A DNA stretch of 32,394 nt from Gemmatimonadaceae bacterium (GTDB lineage: Bacteria > Gemmatimonadota > Gemmatimonadetes > Gemmatimonadales > Gemmatimonadaceae). A model generated the notes under the pieces. The model saw nothing but the letters and a program-made list of their open reading frames with translations, did no database searches and was not told where the DNA came from. The position numbers and the translations under genes are program-made. Shown here in pieces: positions 25,251-32,338 of this stretch (its first letter is position 1; each line of letters opens with the position of its first letter). Location: NCBI GenBank assembly GCA_035310785.1, contig DATGDQ010000287.1, forward strand, positions 1-32,394, written 5' to 3'.

Positions 25251-28200
25251 ATGCCGATTCTCCTCTCCCTGATATTCGTGCTCTCGGGCGCCGCAGGGCT
25301 GATCTACGAGTCGGTCTGGACGAGGTACCTGGGACTGTTCGTCGGGCACAGCGCGTACGCGCAGATCATCGTGCTCACGATCTTTCTCGGTGGCATGTCC
25401 GCGGGTGCGTTCACCGTGAGCAGAATCTCCGAGCGGCTGCGTGATCCGCTCGCGGCGTACGCATACACCGAGCTCGCAATCGGCATGATCGGATACGTGT
25501 TTCACGGCGTGTTCGTAGCCGCCACGAGCGCCGCCTACGACCATCTCTTTCCTTCGCTCGCCGGCGCTGCGCACGCGGTGCTCGTTCTCAAGTGGAGCAT
25601 GGCGGCGCTGCTCATCCTTCCGCAATCGATTCTGCTTGGCGCCACCTTTCCGCTCATGAGCGCGGGCGCGCTGCGCATCGTGCCGCGACATCCCGGGCGC
25701 GTGCTCGCGCAGCTCTACTTCGCGAACAGCGTTGGCGGCGCGGCGGGAGTGCTCATCGCCGGGTTCTGGCTCCTCGCTGTGGGCGGGCTGCCGCTCACAC
25801 TCGGCGTCGCCGCCACCGTGAACATGATCGTGTTCCTCGTCGCGCTCGGCGTCGCGCGATTCGGATCACGAGTCGCCCCGCTCCGCGACGCACCGGCCGC
25901 GGACAGCAGGCCAGCCGACGCGGAGCGCTTGCCAGAGGCGGAGCGCATCACGAGCGGGATCGAGCGACTGCTGCTCATGGTCGCATTCGGGACCGCGATC
26001 GCTTCCTTCATTTACGAGATCTCGTGGATACGGATGCTGTCGCTCCTCCTGGGCAGCGCGACGCATTCGTTCGAGCTGATGCTCTCCGCATTCATTCTCG
26101 GACTGGCGCTCGGTGCACGCTGGATCCGGTCGCGCGCCGACGGATTCGCGGATCCGGTGCGCGCGTTGGGCATCGTGCAGTGCCTGATGGGGCTCGCCGC
26201 TCTCGCGACCATTCCGGTGTATCTCGCGGGCTTCCCATGGACGGCCTCGCTCATCACGGCCCTGAAGCTCAACGACGGCGGCTACGACCTGTTCACGATC
26301 GTGCGCTACTTCGGGTGCCTGGTCGTGATGCTCCCGTCCACCTTCTGCGCGGGGATGACGCTGCCGCTCATCACGCGGATGCTCATGCGCGGCGGGGAGG
26401 GAGAACGCGCGATCGGAAACGTGTACGCCGTGAACACGCTCGGATCCATCGTGGGCGTCGTGCTCGCCGGGCTCGTTCTGCTGCCACTCGTCGGGCTCAA
26501 GGCGCTCCTCATCGAGGGCGCAGTTCTGGACATGACGCTGGGTGTGGTGCTGTTGCGGATCTCGGGACGGAGCGAGCAGCGACGGCAGCAGCTGGCCTAC
26601 ATCGCTGCCTGCGTGATGGCCGTGGCAGCGGTCGCTTCGATCACGCTCAACCGCTTCGATCGGGTGATGCTGTCGAGTGGCGTGTATCGCTACGGCAGTC
26701 TCCCGGATCCGACTGGGCGGCAGATCATCTTCTATCGTGACGGGCGCACGGCCACTGTCGCCGTGGGTCGATCGCTCCCGGACAGCTTCACGTGGATCGC
26801 GACGAACGGGAAACCCGACGCCTCGGTGGATCGCTCATGGTTCTCCGCGCGCGATACGACGAAGCTGCGCGCGCTGAACGGCGACATCTCGACGCAGGTG
26901 CTCATCCCCGTGATCACGCTCGCGCACATGCCGAACGCGAAGCTGGCGGCGATCATCGGACAGGGATCGGGAATGACCTCCCATTTTCTGCTCGCGAGCC
27001 CCACGCTGCAGCAGGCGGTCACGATCGAGATCGAGCCGCAGATGATCGAGGGATCCCGAATGTTCTATCCGGCGAACCGTCGCGTGTTCGACGACAGGCG
27101 CTCGCGCTTCGTGGTCGACGATGCGAAATCGTTCTTCGCGACGGATGCACGCAAGTACGACGTGATCATCTCGGAGCCGAGCAATCCGTGGGTGAGCGGC
27201 GTATCGGGGCTGTTCACCGACGAGTTCTATCATCGTGTGCGCGGTTATCTCACGCCGAACGGCGTCTTCGGCCAGTGGCTGCATCTGTACGAGATCAACG
27301 ATGGGCTCGTGCTGAGCGTGCTCTCCGCGATTCACCACAATTTCGCGTCGTACTCGGTGTATCTCACATCGAACGACGACATGCTGATCGTCGCGTCGAA
27401 TCTCGCCGAGCTTCCCTCTCCCGACTGGCGTATCGTCTCGTCGCCCGGGCTCGAAGCCGATCTTGCGGGAGTGGTGCCGCTCACGCCGCACTCGCTCGGG
27501 GCCACGTATCTGATTAATCGCCGCGAGCTCGCGCCACTGCTCGATCACTTCGGCATTGCGAACTCCGACTATCGTCCCGTACTGGACCTGGGCGCAGAGC
27601 GCGCGCGCTTCAAGCGCGAGACTGCGCTCGGATTCGGAACCCTTCGCGTCGAGCGATTCGATCCGGTGGCGGCGCTGTTCGGCGAGCGACGCACCTTCGA
27701 TGATGCGCCGCGCACGACGGTGCCGGAGATCTGGCAACTGCACGCGCTCACCGTCGGTGCGGCGTTGCGCAATCCATGGCTGGCGGCGGCCCCGGACACG
27801 GCGGGAGGAAAGGATGTGCGCGACGCGCGGCAGCGTCACTGGGAGCTGTACGCCACGCTCGCATCCGGCGCCCCGCCACCCGACTGGAAGCGCTGGACCG
27901 CCTCGGCCCTGGATGTCGAACGGTACGTCCACGCCGGCACCGCGGGCGTGACGGACGAGAGCTACTATGCCCTCCTCGCGCTGTACATGGCGCGTACACA
28001 TGCGCCCGAGCGGGCGCGCCAGTCGATCGCGATGCGGCATGCGCTCGCCGCCTGGGACTTCACGGCCGCATCGGCGCTCGCCGATTCGCTGGCCCCGGCG
28101 GCGCTCACGTACGATGCGTGGATGTCCGCCGACGAGATTCGCGAGGGTGGAATGATCGCCAAGCTCAAGCTCGGCGATCCGCTCGCCGCACGGAGATTCT

Positions 28201-28304
28201 GGGTGTCGATGTCGCCTGTGGCGACTCGGCCGGCCGAGTCGATCCGATCGCTTCTACTCGACGCCTACCTGATCGACGCGTACAAGAAAGCGGCACGCCG
28301 CTGA
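25251..28304 (+). CDS. fused polytopic-membrane / spermidine-synthase-like (class I MTase fold) protein with C-terminal helical extension
   Basis: The real start is the ATG at 25251, 5 nt after the P450 stop (tga, 25243-25245). The N-terminus MPILLSLIFVLSGAAGLIYESVWTRYLGLFVGHSAYAQ is typical of 'fused MFS/spermidine synthase' proteins. About 12-14 TM helices run to roughly residue 480. The SpeE-like domain reads AAIIGQGSGMTSHFLL...VTIEIEPQMIEGSRMFYP...DDAKSFF...YDVIISEPSNPWVSGVSGLFTDEFY...GVFGQW. About 290 aa of Ala/Leu/Arg-rich helical C-terminus follow. Confidence 0.8.
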   Translation: MPILLSLIFVLSGAAGLIYESVWTRYLGLFVGHSAYAQIIVLTIFLGGMSAGAFTVSRISERLRDPLAAYAYTELAIGMIGYVFHGVFVAATSAAYDHLFPSLAGAAHAVLVLKWSMAALLILPQSILLGATFPLMSAGALRIVPRHPGRVLAQLYFANSVGGAAGVLIAGFWLLAVGGLPLTLGVAATVNMIVFLVALGVARFGSRVAPLRDAPAADSRPADAERLPEAERITSGIERLLLMVAFGTAIASFIYEISWIRMLSLLLGSATHSFELMLSAFILGLALGARWIRSRADGFADPVRALGIVQCLMGLAALATIPVYLAGFPWTASLITALKLNDGGYDLFTIVRYFGCLVVMLPSTFCAGMTLPLITRMLMRGGEGERAIGNVYAVNTLGSIVGVVLAGLVLLPLVGLKALLIEGAVLDMTLGVVLLRISGRSEQRRQQLAYIAACVMAVAAVASITLNRFDRVMLSSGVYRYGSLPDPTGRQIIFYRDGRTATVAVGRSLPDSFTWIATNGKPDASVDRSWFSARDTTKLRALNGDISTQVLIPVITLAHMPNAKLAAIIGQGSGMTSHFLLASPTLQQAVTIEIEPQMIEGSRMFYPANRRVFDDRRSRFVVDDAKSFFATDARKYDVIISEPSNPWVSGVSGLFTDEFYHRVRGYLTPNGVFGQWLHLYEINDGLVLSVLSAIHHNFASYSVYLTSNDDMLIVASNLAELPSPDWRIVSSPGLEADLAGVVPLTPHSLGATYLINRRELAPLLDHFGIANSDYRPVLDLGAERARFKRETALGFGTLRVERFDPVAALFGERRTFDDAPRTTVPEIWQLHALTVGAALRNPWLAAAPDTAGGKDVRDARQRHWELYATLASGAPPPDWKRWTASALDVERYVHAGTAGVTDESYYALLALYMARTHAPERARQSIAMRHALAAWDFTAASALADSLAPAALTYDAWMSADEIREGGMIAKLKLGDPLAARRFWVSMSPVATRPAESIRSLLLDAYLIDAYKKAARR

Positions 28305-28315
28305 GGGCGTGCCGC
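28290..28315 (+). terminator. terminator-like hairpin overlapping the stop codon of the SpeE-like gene
   Basis: The sequence is GCGGCACGCC-gctgag-GGCGTGCCGC, a perfect 10-bp stem whose loop contains the TGA (28302-28304). It is followed by ttcgcttcg, an interrupted T-tract. It sits in the 38-bp gap between convergent genes. Confidence 0.45.
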
Positions 28316-28342
28316 TTCGCTTCGCATTCAGCTGCCAGATGC

Positions 28343-28975
28343 TCAGCTCTTGAGGGTGTTGTCCTTGATCGCCTTCGCCTGCGTCAGGTGCGACTGCACC
28401 TTCGCGATCGACTCACTGAGCGCGTTCTTGAGGTCGGCCGACTTCGCGGACTGCGAGGCATCGTTCAGCTTGTCGAGCACCTTCTGGTGGTCGTCGATCT
28501 GCTTGTTGATGTAATCCTCGTCCCAGTCCTTGCCGGCCTTCTTGTTGGTCAGATCCTTGATGTCGTCCTTGCCACTCTTCATCAGGTCCTTGACCTCGTC
28601 CTTGGAGCTGTCAGGCGCGATCGCGAGCTTCTTCTCGAGCGCGCGTGTATCGGCCAGCATCTTGGTGTGGTCGGAGACCATCAGCTTCGCGAAATTCTTG
28701 ACCGCGGGATTGGTCGCCTTGTGCTGCGCCATCTGCCCTTCCGAGACTTCGCCCGCGTTCGCAGCGGCCGCGAAGGCCACGATCTGCGCGTCGGTCCAGT
28801 CGTTCTTGGGACTGGCCACCGCCCCGCCTGATGCCGTGGTATCCATACGGTTTGCCATAGCGGGCGCAGCCGTAGTATCGCTTACTGCAACATCGCCCTT
28901 CTTCTGGCACGCGCCGAGCACAGTGCATGCGGCGACGGCAGATGCGATGGTGAAACGAGATAGAGAGCGGTTCAT
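28343..28975 (-). CDS. DUF4142-family lipoprotein
   Basis: The ATG at 28975 follows GGAGGA 5 nt upstream. The lipobox is MNRSLSRFTIASAVAACTVLGAC-QKK. DUF4142 blocks are WTDAQIVAFAAAANAGEVSEGQMAQHKATNPAVKNFAKLMVSDHTKM and KDWDEDYINKQIDDHQKVL. Confidence 0.75.
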   Translation of the reverse strand: MNRSLSRFTIASAVAACTVLGACQKKGDVAVSDTTAAPAMANRMDTTASGGAVASPKNDWTDAQIVAFAAAANAGEVSEGQMAQHKATNPAVKNFAKLMVSDHTKMLADTRALEKKLAIAPDSSKDEVKDLMKSGKDDIKDLTNKKAGKDWDEDYINKQIDDHQKVLDKLNDASQSAKSADLKNALSESIAKVQSHLTQAKAIKDNTLKS

Positions 28976-29156
28976 GTCTTCCTCCGTATAGTCTGGCGCC
29001 CAAGCAACGCCCGGGCTCGCAAGCAGACTTTGCAAGAGGCGTGCTTCACCCGCTCACAGTGGACATTCTTTTGCTTTCGGGGTATTCAGTTTGATTCGAA
29101 CTCTTCACGCGCGGCTCGCGTTCATCACCCGATCTCTCATCGCACCAGGAGTTTGC

Positions 29157-29981
29157 ATGTCCCTGAACTTCACCGGTCGAGTAGCGATTCTCGTTTCGGC
29201 GAGCGCGATTGTGACTTCTGTCGCATTTGCGCAGAGCGCCGCCACGTACGCTCCCGGTAAGCTCCACTACCATGTCACGACAGTGAGCACGCGCGCGCAG
29301 CCACTCGGCGGCGGGCGCGCGCCATTCGACTTCACTACCACCACCAACGAGTGGATCGCCCTCGAGGTGGCGCCGCAGGCGGGCGACACGCTGAAGGTCG
29401 CGATGACGGTCGACTCCATACGCATCACCTCCACGCTCGATGCGCCGCCCCCGGACGTCTCCGTGCTGCAGGGTGCGAAGTTCACCGGGACGATGTCGCC
29501 TCGCGGACGGATCTATTCGCTGACGCCCGCGGCCGCATCCACGGATGGCAAGCTTGGCGCAACGGCGACGGCACTCAAGCGCTTCCTGCTTCCGCTGCCG
29601 GCTCGGTCGCTGGCACCTGGCGCCAGCTGGGCAGACACGGTGGTCGAGCATCCCAAGGTAGGAACGATCAACATCACGTCGAGCTCCGTCACGACGTACA
29701 AGGTCGCGGGCGATACCACCGTGAGCGGGCAGCACGCGTGGCGCATCGATCGCTACACGACGATCGCGCAGCTGGGCAAGGGCACGGAGGCCGGCCAGCC
29801 GCTCGAGATCAGCAGCAGCGGCACCGTCACCGGAATGCAGTTCTTCACCGACAAGGGGGTACTGCTCGGCGGACAATCCACGCAGCGCACCGATCTCACG
29901 GAAAAGATGAACGAGTCCGAGGGTGCACCGATTCAACAGACGTTCAAGTCCACCGTCGAGCTGCTTCCGCAGGGAGGTTGA
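29157..29981 (+). CDS. secreted hypothetical protein, predicted all-beta
   Basis: The ATG at 29157 follows AGGAG 6 nt upstream. The signal peptide is MSLNFTGRVAILVSASAIVTSVAFAQ. The mature part is Thr/Ser/Val/Gly-rich with alternating hydrophobic patterns (KLHYHVTTVS, WIALEVAP, LKVAMTVDSIRITS, VTTYKVAGDTTVSG). I recognise no family motif. Confidence 0.6.
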   Translation: MSLNFTGRVAILVSASAIVTSVAFAQSAATYAPGKLHYHVTTVSTRAQPLGGGRAPFDFTTTTNEWIALEVAPQAGDTLKVAMTVDSIRITSTLDAPPPDVSVLQGAKFTGTMSPRGRIYSLTPAAASTDGKLGATATALKRFLLPLPARSLAPGASWADTVVEHPKVGTINITSSSVTTYKVAGDTTVSGQHAWRIDRYTTIAQLGKGTEAGQPLEISSSGTVTGMQFFTDKGVLLGGQSTQRTDLTEKMNESEGAPIQQTFKSTVELLPQGG

Positions 29982-29991
29982 ACGCGCTTCG

Positions 29992-30555
29992 ATGGGCAAC
30001 GCTAGTCACAAAGTCGCGCTCCTTCTGATGATCCTGCTGGGAGGAGCGCTGCGGTTAAGCGCGCAGACGGTGCGCTACGGGGTGATGGGAGATTCGGTCA
30101 CCGCGCAGCTGCGCGCCGCGTGGTCGGACGATTCGACGCAGAGCGAGCGCGCCTACTGCGTGCAGCGCGCGCGGATCACTTCGAGACCGACACTCGGCGG
30201 TGGCGTCGACTCGATCTTCCGAGTGCTCGCCGTGAAGCCGGCGGTTCCCACAAGCAGGGATCCGAATCACGTGCAGTTCGAGTGTGCGCAGGGCACGCCG
30301 GAGCTGCACACGCACACGCCGGCCACCTGCTTCACGGACGATCCGAAGTCCTGCCACGCGGATGGCCCCCTCGCGTATAGCTGCCAGCCAAGCCGTTCAG
30401 ACTACGAGGAGCTGATCACCCGGGGCGACGAGTACGGCATAATACAGTGCGACCGTCGCGCGTTCCGGTTCTACTATCCCAGCGAGTACGAAACACCCTC
30501 GCAGCGGGTCCGGGTGGGATCGTCGGGCACCGGGACAGGAAGCTCGAGCCCCTGA
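29992..30555 (+). CDS. secreted 6-Cys hypothetical protein with JAMM/MPN-like E...HxH...SxxD pattern (speculative)
   Basis: The ATG at 29992 lies 10 nt after the upstream stop. The signal peptide is MGNASHKVALLLMILLGGALRLSAQ. The mature protein has six Cys. Residues E52 (SERAYCV), H106-T-H108 (ELHTHTP) and S134-R-S-D137 (QPSRSDY) occur in JAMM order. The tail is Gly/Ser-rich (GSSGTGTGSSSP). Confidence 0.6.
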   Translation: MGNASHKVALLLMILLGGALRLSAQTVRYGVMGDSVTAQLRAAWSDDSTQSERAYCVQRARITSRPTLGGGVDSIFRVLAVKPAVPTSRDPNHVQFECAQGTPELHTHTPATCFTDDPKSCHADGPLAYSCQPSRSDYEELITRGDEYGIIQCDRRAFRFYYPSEYETPSQRVRVGSSGTGTGSSSP

Positions 30556-30625
30556 CGGCCAGATCACTGTGTAGCGGGCTCGTGGACCGCTGATTGCGTT
30601 AGGGGACCATGCCTTCCCCTCAGCT

Positions 30626-31003
30626 GTGCAGGTCCCGTTGTCACAGACGCCGAGCACGATCCTGGTCATCGCCAAGGAACCGCTGATCCAGACGTTGATG
30701 TGCTCCCTCGTCGACCTCTCGGGACATCACGCGGTTCAGCGGCGCAGCGATGAGTCAGTGCCCTCCGCGATCGCTCGCGTGCGGCCACGCGTGCTCCTTC
30801 TCGATTGCGAGCACGATTCCGCGTGCGAAGATGATGCATACCGCGCGGCGACCAGTGTCGGTGCTACCGTGCTGCTCTTCACCCCCTCGCGATCGCGCGC
30901 CGAGGTGGCGGACCTGGCGGCCGCTCGCGGGCTCCAATCCATGGCGTTGCCCATTCGACTCCAGGAATTCTCGGAGACGCTGCAGTCTTCGCTCAGCGCC
31001 TGA
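30626..31003 (+). CDS. stand-alone degenerate receiver (CheY-like) domain protein
   Basis: GTG start at 30626. The alternating beta/alpha pattern is TILVIAKEP (beta1, acidic pair replaced by AK), RVLLLDCEHD (beta3, Asp retained), TVLLFTPSRS (beta4, Thr retained) and ALPIRLQEF (beta5, conserved Lys replaced by Leu). There is no output domain. Confidence 0.5.
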   Translation: MQVPLSQTPSTILVIAKEPLIQTLMCSLVDLSGHHAVQRRSDESVPSAIARVRPRVLLLDCEHDSACEDDAYRAATSVGATVLLFTPSRSRAEVADLAAARGLQSMALPIRLQEFSETLQSSLSA

Positions 31004-31044
31004 CTGCGCTCGGGGGCTGGTACCGAAGGCGCTAGATTTCAACC

Positions 31045-31590
31045 ATGACAAACTCACAGACCGAAGTCGCCACACTGGGCGCCGGATGCTTCTGGTGCGT
31101 CGACACGATCTTTCGCGAGCTGCGCGGCGTGGAGAGCGTCGTCTCCGGCTACGCCGGTGGCACGCGCGCCAATCCCACGTACGAGCAGGTGTGCACCGGC
31201 GCGACCGGGCACGCGGAGGTCGTGCAAGTCACCTTCGATCCACAGGTGATCAGCTACCACGACCTGCTCGAGGTGTTCTTCAGCGTGCACGATCCGACGA
31301 CGCTGAATCGGCAGGGCGCAGATGTCGGCACGCAGTATCGCTCGGTCATCTTCGTGCATTCACCGGAACAGCGCAGCGTAGCCGAACGGACGATCGCCGA
31401 GGTGAACGCGCGGAAGATCTGGGATGATCCGATCGTGACTCAGGTAGTCGATGCGCCGCCGTTCTATGCAGCGGAGGACTATCACCAGGACTACTACGCG
31501 AAGAATCCCAACCAGGGCTACTGCCGGGTGGTGATTGCGCCCAAGGTGGCCAAGTTCCGATCGCAGCAATTGGCGCGATTGCAGCGCTGA
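31045..31590 (+). CDS. msrA: peptide-methionine (S)-S-oxide reductase
   Basis: The sequence ATLGAGCFWCVDTIFRELRGVESVVSGYAGG...NPTYEQVCTGATGHAEVVQVTFDP...GTQYRSVIF...DYHQDYY contains the canonical GCFWC active site and MsrA blocks. Confidence 0.92.
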   Translation: MTNSQTEVATLGAGCFWCVDTIFRELRGVESVVSGYAGGTRANPTYEQVCTGATGHAEVVQVTFDPQVISYHDLLEVFFSVHDPTTLNRQGADVGTQYRSVIFVHSPEQRSVAERTIAEVNARKIWDDPIVTQVVDAPPFYAAEDYHQDYYAKNPNQGYCRVVIAPKVAKFRSQQLARLQR

Positions 31591-31615
31591 ACGAGATAGG
31601 CTGAGCACCGAACGC

Positions 31616-31649
31616 AAAAACGGGGAGAGCTCATCGCTCTCCCCGTTTT
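31616..31649. terminator. bidirectional rho-independent terminator shared by convergent msrA and the Thr-rich gene
   Basis: The sequence is AAAAA-CGGGGAGAGC-tcatc-GCTCTCCCCG-TTTT, a perfect 10-bp stem (31621-31630 / 31636-31645) with a 5-nt loop. An A-tract lies 5' and a T-tract 3'. It is 26 nt after the msrA stop and 24 nt after the minus-strand stop at 31673. Confidence 0.8.
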
Positions 31650-31672
31650 CAGATCTACCACCTTGGCGCGTG

Positions 31673-32338
31673 TTAGCGCGGCGGGCGGGTGCTGTCCGTC
31701 GGCGTCGTCGTGGTCGAGGTGCTGTCGCGACGCATGGCGCGAGCGCTGTCTGCACGCTGCGTCTCACGTGTGGACGGCATTCCCATCCGCGTGCTGTCGA
31801 TCGGCGAGACCGTCAGATTGCTGCGCGGCATGCCGGTCGAGTCCTTGCGGGTCATGCTCGACGAGTCGGTGGTGGTCGTGCTGGAGCTCGGCGGGGTGGT
31901 CGTGGTGGTCGTGGTAGCCGCCGCGCTATCCGTCTGCTGGCTATGCGTCGGCGTCGGAGCAGCCGCACCTGTTCCGAGCTGCTGGGACGCAGAATCCGTG
32001 GTCGTGGTCGACGTCGGTGGTGTCGTCGTGGTGGTCGAGCTGCTCGACGAATTCATCGACGTGGAATCAGTCGTGGTCGTGGAGGATGGCGGTGTGGTCG
32101 TCGTCGACGAAGGTGTAGACATCGACGCTGAATCGGTCGTCGTCGAAGCAGACGGCGTGGGCGTCGTAGTCGTCGTCGAGGACGATGGCGTCGTCGTGGT
32201 CGTCGGCGTCGTCGTGACGTCGCCGGTGGACGTCGCGTGCGATCCGTCCTTCGAAACACGAATGTGAGTTCTCGTCTGGCCAAGCACCACGGCCGGCGAG
32301 AGGGCGATCGCCGCGATCGCGATGAGTTTGATCTTCAT
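31673..32338 (-). CDS. secreted Thr/Ser/Pro-rich low-complexity ('mucin-like') repeat protein
   Basis: The ATG at 32338 follows GGGGGAG. The signal peptide is MKIKLIAIAAIALSPAVVLGQ. The remaining ~200 aa are almost entirely T/S/P, with repeated units such as TTTTPPSSTTTTDS[AST]SM and C-terminal DST[GR]M..P units. The stop (taa, 31673-31675) is followed by a strong terminator. Confidence 0.65.
   Translation of the reverse strand: MKIKLIAIAAIALSPAVVLGQTRTHIRVSKDGSHATSTGDVTTTPTTTTTPSSSTTTTTPTPSASTTTDSASMSTPSSTTTTPPSSTTTTDSTSMNSSSSSTTTTTPPTSTTTTDSASQQLGTGAAAPTPTHSQQTDSAAATTTTTTTPPSSSTTTTDSSSMTRKDSTGMPRSNLTVSPIDSTRMGMPSTRETQRADSARAMRRDSTSTTTTPTDSTRPPR
31850..32230 (-). repeat. imperfect in-frame tandem repeats inside the Thr-rich gene
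   Basis: The best DNA copies are catcgacgtggaatcagtcgtggtcg at 32054 and catcgacgctgaatcggtcgtcgtcg at 32120 (66-nt = 22-codon period, about 22/26 identical). More diverged copies lie near 31857 and 31984. The whole stretch is (gtc/gtg/gtt)n-like on the plus strand, i.e. ACN Thr codons on the minus strand. Confidence 0.5.

Noticed and set aside
31850-32230. Possible CRISPR-like or satellite repeat array
   Set aside because: The repeats are imperfect and in-frame, lie inside a signal-peptide-bearing ORF and have no unique spacers or cas genes nearby. They are therefore coding low-complexity repeats. No other CRISPR-like periodicity was seen in the window.
31689-32267. 192-aa Val/Asp/Gly-rich ORF on the plus strand
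   Set aside because: It is the mirror image of the Thr-rich minus-strand gene. It lacks a signal peptide and an SD, whereas the minus-strand frame has both plus a terminator.
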